Source of the DNA: Raillietiella orientalis | Lineage: Eukaryota | Assembly (NCBI GenBank): GCA_036172245.1 | Contig: JAYWIR010000030.1 | Location: 496,001-560,000 of the forward strand | Length of the DNA: 64,000 bases | Reading direction: 5' to 3' | Shown: piece by piece, positions 49,241-61,620 of the stretch | Numbering within the stretch: position 1 is the stretch's first letter | How the letters are laid out: the number at the start of each line of letters is the position of its first letter | The notes under the pieces: generated by a model | Told to the model about the DNA's origin: nothing | The model's input: only the letters and a program-made list of their open reading frames with translations | Database searches by the model: none | Made by a program: the position numbers and the translations under genes

Positions 49241-50199
49241 GCCGCTCAGGAATTTTTCGACTTCTGCAATCCTTCAGGAGAACCTCCATCCTGCCGGTTG
49301 ACTACTGTTGTTGCTTTCCCTGAGTGCAGACAACGCTGCGGCCAGGGGTGAGACGGCTCCGGGAAGAGGAAGGCGCGCACTTTCCGAGAGGACTTCCATC
49401 CTTGGCACGAAGACAAGGGACCGGTCGTGCTGCCAACTGCTCGATCAGGACGATGGGAGATCGCCGCGAACGAAGTCGACTGCGGCTCTAGCATCCAGCT
49501 TGATCCATGCGTTTCAAAAGGTCGAAGCGAGCGGGGATCAGCACACTCTACGGCCTTCCTCCTTCTCATCCCTATCTCCTCCCTTCTGATTCATTTCCAC
49601 AGCTGGAAGCTCCGAGCGACGCTCTTTGCTTCCGCGGACACACGGTAATGTGATCCGGATGACGCTTCCATGGCAACCGATTCCTCCCCGTCTTCTTTCT
49701 TCTTTTCTCTGAGTCCCTGAGGAATCTTCCATTCTCTCCGGCTGTTCGGAGAGCCACTGCCAGCTACCTTTCCCTGCTGCTTCTCCAGGGGCGCCAAGCT
49801 CTCGAACGTCGCACCAAAGGAGCCTGTCTGTTCCAGATGCTGAGCGCTAATAGGGAGAGGGTTTGCACTGGAAGAGGCACGAAGGAACAGGACGAGTGTT
49901 CCTTCTTGACGCTACAGAAGGGTTCTGAGGTCTACCCACCTTGTCGCGTCAGTGAAGCATCCTGGACACCATCCCCACCTCAGTGGGAAGAAGCGCGTCC
50001 TTCCGCATTGTCGTCGTCGGTTCTTCCAAATCTTGGTCGGAAAGATGGTGTTTGTGGTCGGGATGTCGGAAGGTTCTGTCGGAAGGAGGATGCAAACAAG
50101 CGGAAGGGAGGGAGGAGTTCTCGGCCCCTTTTTCGTCTTTTTCTTCTCTTCGATCCTTTCTGCGACCTTCGAAGGCTCTCCGATTATTCTAGGTAAGTG

Positions 50200-51800
50200 A
50201 ACAACGGACCAGCTTACAGACGCTGCGACCCCGAGTGCCCCACCCTGAGGCGCCGGAGCGAGCTACTGGATATTCCGAAGGAGGATCTGCAGTGGCCCCC
50301 GTGCTCTTGGACACCCATACACCCATATTCTACCCTTGAAGTGGCAGGAGTCGGCGTTGATGCTGCTGCACCGGGATCTCCCGTGCAAGGCCCGCAGGCA
50401 TCACTGGACACAGGGGTATGTGGACCCAAACTGTGGCAGGTGCGTGGAGTGCGAATCCCCCCACCCCAACTCCTTCTCGATAGTGTTGTTGCCCCCCGGC
50501 CCATCTGGGAACTACCGCGAATCTAGGAACCCCCGGCGGCAACTCCAGAGACGCTATAAGACCCCTCTTTATTTTTATTTTTTTTTTAAAAGGCCAGTAG
50601 CGACCTTACGATCGTTTCTATTGGCCTAGAATGATGGAAATTCTTTTCTGTCTTCGCAGTTCTTCGACATGGTTCCACGCCACCCGAGGGTGGGTAATTC
50701 TTCAAGATAGGGGATATTCCGAGATGGGTCCGCCCTATGAATCCAGGAAAAACTCGGAGTCCGTTCCTCTCACGCCTAGGGAGGGATCCCCAGAAATGGA
50801 GATCACCTCCACCCTGATTGTCTCCGAAGGGGAATCCAGAAGAAAATCTCCATCTTTATTCTCTCCGGAGGGATCCCCCACAAGGTCTCCGCTCCTGTTT
50901 TTACTCCTCTGAAGAGAACCCAGAAGGGACGCTTCGGAAATTCAGAAGGACGCAGCTTCCCCGAAGGGATCGGCTCGCGTCTCTGCACTCTCTGGAGAGG
51001 TGGTGGCGACATACCTACTCCATCAGTCCGACGTGGAGGGTCCCCCGAAATGGGGGGTCCGCTCTTTCACAACCAGAGGGAGCTCCCACTCCTTGAATGC
51101 TGGAAGGACCCGGAGGTCGACTCCCATTTGTCCAGGTCCTCATCGGGGGGCATCCGATTTTAACCACTACCAGTGCCGCACCCGGATGAATGTAGACCAA
51201 CCAGCGTCATCTTGTGGGGTGAACTCGGGACCCACGACGCACTGCGTCGATTCCTTCGGAGTATTCGATCCACGACGCATGGTGCTACTCGCGGAGACCA
51301 CCGTAACCACACGGCCTCCGACGCTGGCTTTTTTATTATTATTATTATTATTCGTCACGCCCTTCGGTCGGCAGTCTTTCTAGCGGTTCTCTGCTGCCCA
51401 TGTGGCATCGTAGCTGCCTGGAGCAACGCAAGCGTACACAGCGACAGGGATGCCATCCACTTTGCCGTTCGATTCATGAGGATGGCAAGATGGGCTCACC
51501 TGAAGAGCAACATAAAATAAGAGCTTTCCGGCATCCTCGGCAGGATGTAAAGGACCGACTCCAAAAGGACGTAATCCATTTCTGCGCTCCCCCCTCAATT
51601 TATTTGATTATTTTTCTTTTTGTTTTTTGTTTTTTCTTTTAGTTTGCCCCCTCCCCTCTGCTGCCTTGGCGGACCTCACCAGCCTGCGTACCGGTAACGC
51701 AGCAGGTTTGTTCTGAAAAGGACGTGGTTGGACCACCAATCCAACCACAGTGATTGCAAGTGTTTATTTTTATATGAAATAAACACTCTGGGTGGTAATC
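50200..51800 (+). mobile_element. Composite of LINE fragments: 50200-50530 and 51370-51800 (13-kb subfamily) on either side of 50660-51320 (array-bearing subfamily)
   Basis: KWQESALMLLHRDLPCKARRHHWTQGYVDPNCGRC matches 13330-13440. LAVLCCPCGIVAAW...RDAIHFA and the tail match 13600-14010. The middle part matches 60960-61600. Confidence 0.7.
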
Positions 51801-52819
51801 CATTATTATGGGAGGGGGTCCATCTGACTTGCGAATACTGTGTACTCGAGAGAGCACAGTGTGCTCGAGAACATCATCTCTTTTCTGATGGGCCTCGAGT
51901 GCTCTTTAAGAAGTCCCCTCGGCGTTTCGGCATCCGTTTTAGGATGTAAGGATTTCCGAGATCCTACGACGGCTGCTACTACAGCTGCGGATTTTCCTTT
52001 AGAGGTGAAAGTCGATGGCCTTCTTCTATCTTGGCTCTCTGTTGAAAAAAAATAAAAATAAAAATAAAACACTTGCAAGAGCAAGCGAAGTTCACTGTGG
52101 CCAGCTTTCCTTCGCCCTGGAGCGCTAGATAGGATCTCAGCTTTAATTCTGCTTCCGAAGGAGCCCGATTGACTGCCACTGATTCAGACCAGCCCTCTTG
52201 GCCCCGTCATCAACTCTCAGAAAGTCTCTATCCTAGCACAAGAGGCCTCTTCACGAGTTCATCCCAGGGGGTCCATGAAGATGGATGGAACCTCTGGGGA
52301 TTCTCCTGGAGAACTTCGGCATACCTTGCTTTTGGTCGACGCATCCGTCCTCACTCTTCGGTACCAGCAGACCGCCATCTTCCTGGTGCATCGGGCGTTC
52401 CTCTGAAACGAGAGACGCTACGGCGCCTCAGTAAGTAGCGTGCCCAAGGACCACCCCCACTGTGGGACGTTGGAAACACTTTTGTACGTGCTGCTGGAAT
52501 GCAGGCGGCTGCATCGGGATGGAAGGTGTCTCTGAAACACATGACATTAAATGACCTCATCATATCCTCAAACTACATGAAGTTTCTTCACTGTATGCCT
52601 TCTCTAAGTAACTTCTTATAAGCATAATTCATTTTCTGCTCTTGATTGCCTTACTTTTCATTCTCATTTCGAGGTCAAGCTAAAATAAGTTTTCAAACTG
52701 AATATCATGCATGGATTGCTTATGTTCTGTATGATGATTTAAGGCGAATATGAATGGTTGAGCTTGCTCCCATGTGAACAGAAAGCCTATCTGAATAAAA
52801 AAAAAAAAAAAAACACCTT

Positions 52820-53290
52820 GGTTCCAGAATGCTATCCAGGAAGACGTCTTCCGAGAGATATTTACGTTTCCATGGTTGTCAGTCGCATACTTGTTGACGA
52901 CACTTTGCCACGCACGAGCAACGGTGACTGCCACAATGGAAGGAGGGGAATACGACCGGCATCCCGGAGAGCCGTTGGCGATCGCCATCGTCTGCACGCG
53001 AAGGGTGACGAAGTGGTCCAGTTTGAGAAGGAAGATGAGAGAAAACCTTCAAACGCATCCGGGTAGTCTAACTCAAGACCGGTCAGGGCAGCTCCCCTTT
53101 TCCATTCCTTCCCTTCGCTGTCCGACTCATGCCCTCGGGGGGAATCGAGTGGAATACCCTGAGGCCGGTCCATCCTATTCCCTATTTTTTTACTCATTTA
53201 TTGTCTACCCTGCCTTCAACTGCACCCTAGTTCTGCCCCCTGAGAGGGCAGTCCATTTGGATCCGGGCTGATGTGCGTCGGCCCTTTTCT
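52820..53290 (+). mobile_element. Degenerate LINE ORF2 C-terminus and 3' UTR
   Basis: GEPLAIAIVCTRRVTKW resembles GAVIATVCCTRAI. T-rich tract, then the hairpin GGGCTGA-TGTGCG-TCGGCCC. Confidence 0.4.
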
Positions 53291-53780
53291 CTCTATGGCT
53301 GTAATTTGAGTCCACCGTTTTACTAAGTACGCCTATTCGGGACGGGAAGGTCACTCACTCGTCAAAATCTCGCCGTGATCACGGTCTCCTTGTTGAGGAT
53401 GTTGCCTAGTGACGCTTCCCCATCTTCCGCATCTCCTGCATCAGCAATCAGGGTGAGTCCCTGGTGAGGAATGCCCGCACAAGCAGAAGGAGAAGGGTCT
53501 CATTACGCCGCATGAAGTCCATCCATGGTCTTCCCAAGTCTGTTAAACAGGAGATACCCCGAGGTTCGAAGCTGCCCAACTCAGGACGTGACCTTACGCT
53601 GGTCCAGGGGTTTTTCCATAGGGGATGCCCGCTCTTCCTTACGTTGAACTGTGCATGAGTCTGAGATGCGCGTCCATCGCGGATTCTCCAGATGTGATTC
53701 TTTTCCCCTTTTTCTGAAATGTCCATTTCACTTCTCTTCTTTTGGATGCTTGTCCCCGCACCGTCCAGCCGGCTTTCTTT

Positions 53781-55173
53781 GGATGATGATCACCCGGTTA
53801 TTCCAAGGCAGTTAATTACGTATGGTAATAGAAATACATTGGTGTGGAGGAACCGTAGGCTTTACCACGTGCTTAGAACCTGCGAAACCTGACCGGTACG
53901 CAGACCGGCGAGGTCCGCTTCGACTGTGTCGAAGGGGACAGGGGAAACCCCCGAAAAATAAACACACAAAACAGGGGAGGATGAATGTATACGGGGAGGG
54001 AGGGGATCGAGGCAGGAATCACTGTACTCTGCGAGGAGTACTCTGCATCGTGTTCAGGATGCTGGCAAGTTCCGTCTGTGTAGCGCTCAGGTGGGGGAGG
54101 GGAGGGCATCTCGAGGCGATCCTCAGGAAATCTGCGCCCAATGGATGGCGTCCCTGACATTTCGACCTCTTCTGGAGTTCCAGGCCACCGTGATCCCGCA
54201 AACACAGCAGAGAACTGCAAGGGACGCGGCTGGCGGCAGAGCGGCACGCGCGAAGACGCGTCTGGAAATGTCCCTGGAGCCGCCCGCCCCGGGGTCGCTA
54301 CGATCGTCGCGAGGCAATCCCTTTGGGACCGGAAGGCAGCGCAGATCAACAGCAGGTGCAGGAGGGCCTCCTTCTTCCCTCACTAGCCGCAGTGAGCGTC
54401 CACGCTCCCTCGTGTCCAGCGGTGACGACGTGCTTCGCACAGGATTTCCCCATGCACCGCCGCCAATGCACAGCAACGCCAACTCCTGCCACTTGAGAGA
54501 GAGAGCGCCACTGTTCCAGCGCGCTGGGGCCGCTTCATTTCCTCCGGAGGGATGCCGAGCAGCTCTCCCCGGCGTAGATGTCCGTGGGGTGGGACACTCG
54601 GAGTCGCAGCGTCCGTCAATCCCCGAGTTGTCCACGCCTTCCATACTTTCCTCTTTTTTGCTATGCGACACGTCACTTCCCACCTTGCCGGGATCACGCT
54701 TCCCTTCTCAGGGAGATCAGCACTGGGGTAAGAGGGGTAGACAAGAGCAAGGATAATGGAAATCTCTGGGTTCTTCTGTTTTCGCTGCTTTCCTCCCAAA
54801 TGTTCTTTTTTCTTTTTTCGGCTTTTCTTTTGAGATTTGCTGAGTGCTGAACGACCGTTGACATCCTTAGGGGGAGCTCGAAAAGCTCTTCGACACCGTC
54901 CACGCCACGCCAGAGTACGTGTACCGCTTCAAGTTATAGAAGGTACCCCGGAAGGAGACCATCTAATCCAGAAAAGTTCCGGTAAAGGAGTCCGTTCCTC
55001 CTGCACTTGGTAGGGGAACCTCTTCCTTCTTCTTTCCGGAGGAGACCGCTCCTTGTTTCCTCCTCCTCTGAAGAGAACCCCGAAGGACGCTTCCAGATTG
55101 CAGAAGGGCGCACCCCGAAGGGAGCAGCGAGCTTCTTGACACTCTGGAGAGGTATCCGCCAGTTCCATGGTAC
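53781..55173 (-). repeat. Right arm of the inverted duplication (partner 12647-14040): LINE 3' fragment on - (53781-54770) plus array-bearing ORF2 piece on +
   Basis: Near-identical reverse complement of 12647-14040, including the shared in-frame stops (TAG TGA at 13437-13442 and 54380-54385). Confidence 0.95.
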
Positions 55174-55460
55174 GAGATGGAGTACCATGGAGCTGGTGGC
55201 CATGCTACGGTTCCGTTTGCACAATAGGAGGGTGAACCGCGGAGGAGTCTTTGATTTCCGGAAGGAATTCGGAGGAACAATTTTCAAATCCCGGCCACCA
55301 GTGCGGGGGTAACCCGAAACGCCCCATTCTCTCCGTCGTCGATCCTCCACGCAGGGATTCGAACCCACGACGCTCGGTGCCACGCGCGTGGAGACCGCAG
55401 CCGCGGGCCTCCTCCAAAGCGGACTTGCCAACGCATCCGCCGCCCAACCGCTCCTGATCC
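54840..55460 (+). mobile_element. Degenerate L1/Tx1-like ORF2 fragment (array-bearing subfamily)
   Basis: IRQFHGTRWSTMELVAMLRFRLHNRRV...FDFRKEFGG, then FSPSSILHAGIRTHDARCHARGDR. Confidence 0.65.
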
Positions 55461-58180
55461 CGCTATCGGGTGTACTCCCCCTCTCCGAGCGGGGATCCTC
55501 CTGTAATGTTTGCAGTAAAGACTCTCCGCTAACGAACGCAACGTCTTCTAGGATGACTCTTGAACCGTCCTGGGTGCCGAGAGATGCAACCGTTTGGAAC
55601 TGCTATCGGCAGCGCATTCACTGATCCCCCCGCAAGGAGGATGAGGTGTATACCTGGACGTCCCGTTGACTTGCCTGCATCGCTGTAGTCACCGTGCACA
55701 CAGGGCAGTAGGAAACGACACGTCTGGCGCACGCAACCCCTACCAGAGACTTCGCTTGGGACCCGCGAAGGTGGGTCGAGCTTCTTGGAGGTTCTTGAAG
55801 AAGGTTTGAGATCGTGACGGTAGTAGCTGCAGCATGGGTTCTTCTGGTCTACACCTCGCGCTTCTCGGGAGAGCGCGTGATGCTGGTGCCTGTTGCACGG
55901 GAAGCCCTCAGCGCCCTCGTTCGCTCCTGCGTGCCTAGTGGAAGCGCGCGTAAAGTGTCCCCAGTAGCGGTCAAGATGGGCGAATGTGACGGGGGAGATC
56001 CAGAAGGTCTGCCCGGCTCAGCAGCCCTTGCGGCCATGTCAGTCGAACGGACCGAATGGACGCCGACGTGCTGAGCTCGGAGTCCTCCCAGGAGGCGGAG
56101 GACTTGGACGTTGAGAACCGGAGGCCAGCGCGGTGATCAAGCGGTGCCGAGCCGCTTTCTTTTTTCTCCGCTCAGATCCTCCCCCGTGTAAACCGGTCTC
56201 TGCTTCGCTCCCAAACTGCATCCTGCAGGCCGAGATGGCCCGTGCGACCTGGGATGCTGGGAACCGTCCGCCCATAAGCGCTCGAAGACTCCGTCTGTGC
56301 CCGCCGAGCACGCGGAATCACCAGGGGAAGCTCCGGCAGGGCGAGCGCTTGAGAAACTCATGGCCTCCGCGCGGTCCTCGGCAACGCCCGGGGGCCGCCA
56401 CTGCTTCTCCCAGCAGCCTCCGCCTGCGCGCGCTCCTTTCCCGGAGGATAGTCGGCGCCTTGAAACGCGTCAAATACTCCGGAAACTCTATTTCCTCCAC
56501 TCCCGGCACTTTCTTGGCACATCCTTCCCCTCGCCAGAGGCTCGCGCGCTTGCGCATCATCCACCCCTTCCAGCCTCCGCAGGACGTGAGCGCCCTTGTC
56601 GCTACGCACCTTTCTGTCCTCTCCCACCCACATCCGGATCCCTCCTGCATCCCTCTTCGGATGAGCTCCCTCCTTACCGTCCCTCGCGGAAACACTCCAT
56701 TCCCGACGGTCGTCCTTTTTCGGAGCTGCCCCGTGATGTCACGAGAGGATCCCTCCCTCATCGTCCGGGATTGGGGCTCGCAGACTCCGCTTTCCCGCCC
56801 GTCGCCTCCGCGGGTGGGGCGAACGGTGGGCTGGTGCGATGCCGCTACGAACACCGTTTTCCGGGAGGCAGCGCGGGAGACCAACACTGCAGTCTCGCTT
56901 CCCCGGCAACCTGTCAATCTTTTGCGAAGCAACCCACGGTCTCTGGATCAGTGGGAGGGGCGAAGGAAAGGGGAAGAGGAGAAGCCAGCGGTGATGCCTT
57001 TCCGCTTGGCAATCATGGGGATTGTGTGGTCCCGCAGTCCGGTGGTACTTGGTTTAAGAGATCGTTCCTATCCTTCCCTCCTCCCTCTCCCTCTCTTTCT
57101 TCTAGGGACGTGCTCTTGACCTTTCGCGAAGTTTGCACGTTCCCGGCGCTGAGGACTGTGCTTCCGGGTTTGGGGACCACAGTCCTTCCTGCCAAGTCTT
57201 CCTCTTTTCGCCTTCCGTCTCGCAGCCCGACTACTACATGGCCGCCGAGGCTGTGGCCCAGAAGAACCGTGCCCTTGGGACGGAGAAGGCCCGCTCTCGG
57301 CAAAGACAAGGCGGGGCACTCGAAGGAGCCACGCTGGTCTTTGAAGGAGTTTCCGTGTCTCGGGGCGACGGCGGCGCTCGGGGCGCTTTGCAGGGGCTAT
57401 CCCGGAGCGCGCACACCGCCGCCGCATCAGCGTGACTGCCGGATAGAAACGGACGGCGACCTTGGCTCGCGACGTGAAGGGGAGGAGAGGAGGAGGAGGA
57501 GGAGATGGAGGCAAGTTGTCTCCCCGGGGAGCAAAATGTGTGAGGGGAGGGTGGCGGCGGAGCAGAGGGCTGTGGGTTCGCAGGGCGAGTCGAAACCTTC
57601 AGGATGGGTCCGCTAATGACGTCATCGGCGGGGCAGAGCAGGCGATGAGGCACTCTCAGGAGACTCCGCAGGATGGGCGGCGCCAAGGGACTGGCGACCG
57701 GAAGGATCTGGCCTCGGAGGCCTTCTGGAGAAGCGGACGGCCGTCATGAGACCTGGAAGGACGCCCCCCCCCTTTACCAGGGTTCCGAACGGACGTACCG
57801 CTAAGGACACTGCCAGCCTTCCGGGGGAGAGCTAGCTTGGTGCTGCCTCTGCTCTCTGCGGGGGATTCCTCCGCAGCTCCGCCGCCGCTCTGCGGAGGAC
57901 GAGCCGCAGGACTCGAAGGCTACGCAGAAGACGAAGAGGATGCACGGCGCCCGGGACCCCCACGTGCCTGACTCGATCCTCCGCGCGACTGGGGTCGCAG
58001 TTCGGCCCTCCCACACGGGAACGCTCGGGTCTCCGATCGAAAGGAGGACTGCTGCTCTGAGGCATACGACCGAGGAAGAGGGAAGCACCATTCCTGCGAG
58101 GACGATGTAGCTCCTCGCTTGGGGATGGAAGGGGAAGGGAGGCGGAGGAAGGATCATCCCCGCTTCCATCAAAGGGAGGG

Positions 58181-58217
58181 GACGGTTTGAACCCGCGACT
58201 CGCGGGTTCAAACCGTC
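58181..58217. repeat. Perfect palindrome, 18-bp arms around a 1-nt centre
   Basis: GACGGTTTGAACCCGCGA-C-TCGCGGGTTCAAACCGTC. Confidence 0.95.
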
Positions 58218-60859
58218 AAGGTATCCCTTGCGGAGAGTGGCCGCCGTGAGGGATAGTGTTCCCGGCTGAGTGCAAGGAAAGCAGAAGGAAGAGTCAGCGC
58301 TAAGAGCATTCGCTGCTGTCAACGGAAGGCGGCAGGCCGAGATCAGGGGTGGTGCCTGAAGAACTGGTGCTGGAGAAGGAGCGAAGACGGGTATGCCGGA
58401 GGCGCTTTTCCGGGAATGGGCTTTGGAAAACGGCAAAGGAAAGAGGCTGCCTGGAACCGCTGGGGTAACAGGACGCCGCCTGTTGAGGCAGCGGAACGCA
58501 TACCGACGGTCCTTCCGGTCAGAGTGGTGGCGGTGGTATAATGCTCCTACGACGATGATGCCGAGGAGGAGGAGTAGGTGGAGGACGAAGAGAGGGAGGA
58601 AAGAGGGTGACAGTGATGATGATGTCTCTCCCTGCTTCTGTGGTCTTCTTCCAGGCATCAGCTCGCCGTCGCTGTCGGGGGGAGGAGAGATCATCCGTGG
58701 AGAGGGCTTACGGACCGCTGCACCCTAGCCGGAAGGGAAGGACACGGCCGGCGAGAAAGACCGGAACCTAACGCTCCTCCCCTCTTTCCCTGCTCTGATC
58801 CCCTGGAGGCGAAAGGGGCCGAGATTGGGAGAAGGGACCCTCTCTCTCACAGGGACTTGCCGCTGGCTAGGTGGCTCCCGACACCCACATCCGTGTCTCC
58901 TCCCGTGATACTACCGGCCACGTCCGATTTTCCTTCCTCCCGGGCAGGTCGCCGGGAAGTAAATCCCTGGGGACGCGGACCGAGCTAGGGGTTCCATCCG
59001 GCAGCTTCCACTTTGGGAGTTTCGGAGCACCTCGAAAAATCCCGCGCAGGATCGCCTCCTCCAGCGCTCCATGGATGGAGACTGCGAGGGGCACTGCTGG
59101 ACAGTCGCGCGACCCGGAAGTCCGAGGGAAGGCGCCCGTCTTCCGCTGCTCCCATGCCGGAGAGCGCTGCTCCACCGAGGCTCGGCTCGACGCTATCGCA
59201 GGACCTTTGGGCACGCCGAGACGTCCAGAGTCCTCCAGAGTCCGGGCGAACCGAGCGGCGTCCGACCGGCGCGTGGCGCGGTGAGACACCGGGATCCTGG
59301 ATGTTCCTCTCGTCGGTCCTGACGGGAGCTCCGGACTAACCGTACCAGTCTCTTTCTTGCATCTACGAGGAAGGGGCGGGGATGACGCAGACGCGGGAAA
59401 TCAGGCTCAGGAATCGTCGAACTCCAGGCGAAGGTCACCGCCAAGTGGCAGTGCGGGCCGCCGACGCGCTCTCCTCCGCCGCCGTCCACTGCCGGGCACC
59501 ACTGCTCTGGCCCTCCTTCTCCAACACACCCGCCCACGCACGCACTTTCTCTCCGCTCCCGCGCGAGGCAAGGAGCTTCCAGGCGTCACGATCCCGAGAT
59601 TTATCGCCCCTACGTCTATCGGGCTGGGCAGATACGGGGGCGGTACCAGACCCCCTTCGGCGAGCACAACAGACGGACAGGCTTGTTTGTAAGGACGGGT
59701 GACGGTCCACGAGGGGGCGGGGATTCACGGCCAGGCAGCCGTCGCGGAAGGAGCAGATGAAAGCCGGAGCGAAGTCGATGCGCGGCGGAGGTGGGCGGCG
59801 GCCTGGCGCCTGGAATCCGACAAGTCCTGCGCCTGATTTCCTGAGTGCGCGCCATTCCCGCCCCTTCTACCTCGTGGATGCAGGAAGGAGTCCAGCGCGG
59901 TTGGTCTGGAGATCCCGCTCTCCAGGACCGACGAGAGGAACAGCCGCGTTCTATGCTGCTGCGGCGTCTGTGATCCATCGCCCCGACCTCAGAAGGGGAG
60001 CGCCAGCGCGGGCGCCGCTGAAGCTGCGGCCAGCGAGGAAACCGGAAGAGGTGGGTGGGCGGGTGGAATTCCTCCGCTTCAGCCGGCAGGCGACCCACGG
60101 AGCACACGCGAACGCACGCGAGCTGGGCACCGGCGAGCAGCCCGGCGCGGCGCTCGGTAGGAGGAGACCTGGAATTTTCCATCCCCGAGCAGCTTCTCAG
60201 CGGCTTTCCTTGTTTCTGGCGTCTTGGACCACGGCGAGGGATCAGAGCTACTTCGGCGTTCCGCGCGCGTCCGCGCAACGGGTTCAAGGTCAGCCCGGAA
60301 AGAAACGCCGCAGCGATTCGAGAGCTCTTCCGAGATGCTGCTGCGCCTCAGGGTCCAGAGACTTCGAGAAGCGGAGGCGGCACCCACATCCAGGGTACGG
60401 GGGATGGGAAGGGAGGGGTGGAAGGACTAGCAAGTCGGTCTCGCGTTTCCATGGCTGCGCGCCGACGAGAGAGCTTACGTCTGGCCCTACCGGGGCGGAC
60501 GTGGCGAGCGTACGAAACGGTTCAGGGCCCGCGGGTCTCCTCCGCGGCCAGCGGGAGGAGAAGACAAAAAAGGAAAGAAAAAGAAAAGAGAAGCGCAACC
60601 ACTTTCGATTTCCGCCAGCACTGTTACGAGGAGGAGGGTCAGGGGTCTTTCGCTTGCATGGATGGGAAGGCGAAGACCCGCCATAATTCGAGGCGCCTCT
60701 CGGCCAGGACAAGCCGAGCTCTGAAAGCTTCTGGAGGCAGGAAACGGCCCGAGTTCCTGTTTGCTCGTCTGGATCTCAGGAGGGGAGAATTTCGGCTGAA
60801 GGACCGACCGGTGGGACGCGGGAGGATGAAATGCGTGGAAGACGACTAGCATGAGCGAA

Positions 60860-61620
60860 CCTTTGGTTGCTAAGTACAGAAGAACTGTTCGCCACCTTAA
60901 AGGGGAGGAGGTGGGGGGTCACGATGCTCCTTGACGCTGTCCACGTCACCCGAGGGTGTGTGTAACTCTTCCAGTTAGGGGAAACGCCGGAGGAGACCAC
61001 CCTATGGAATCAAGGGAGGGCTCTGGAGAAGGGAGTCTGTTCCTCTCACGCCTGGGAGGGATCCTCGAAGGGAGCACACCTTCGCCCTGGTTGTCATCGA
61101 GGGAACCCCATAGGAAACCCCGTCCTGATTCTCTCCGGAGGGACCCCAGAGGGGTCAGCTCCATTTTTCTTCTCTGGAGGGAACCCTCAAGGGAACCGCT
61201 CCCTATTCCCTCCTCTGAAAAGAACTGCGAAGGGACGCTTCTTCCCAATTTCCCTGAAGGGAACAGCGCACCTACGGAGAGGCAATCCGCCCGAGGGGGG
61301 CATCAACCAGCTTCATGGTACGGCTCCCTTTTCACATCCAGAGGGGAGCCTCGAAGGGAATCGACCGGCTCCTCGATTCCCGGAAGGGACCCCGAAGGGT
61401 CGACTTCCAGTCCAGGCAGGTCGGCAGGAGCATCCGGTTCTTGGTGCACCGCACACGAATGGGCCAACCAGCGCAGGAAACCCGAAACGCCCAACGCGCC
61501 CCCATTCTCTCTGACGTCGATCTTCCACGCTGGGATTCGAACCTGCGACGCTCGGTGCCGCGCGCGCGGAGACCGCCAGCCACGCGGCCTCCCACGCGGG
61601 CCACACTGGGTTACCACTCT
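60860..61620 (+). mobile_element. Degenerate L1/Tx1-like ORF2 fragment (array-bearing subfamily)
   Basis: Longest array (60978-61270), followed by PPFSLTSIFHAGIRTCDARCRARGDRQP. Confidence 0.65.

Noticed and set aside
56133..57616. Long ORFs of 328 and 439 aa (likewise 22017-23213, 27028-28166, 33417-34250, 37174-38490, 38140-39219, 59757-60686)
   Set aside because: Rich in R/P/G/S, overlapping in several frames, with no recognisable domains. Expected by chance at this GC content, or antisense/intronic to the CDA genes.
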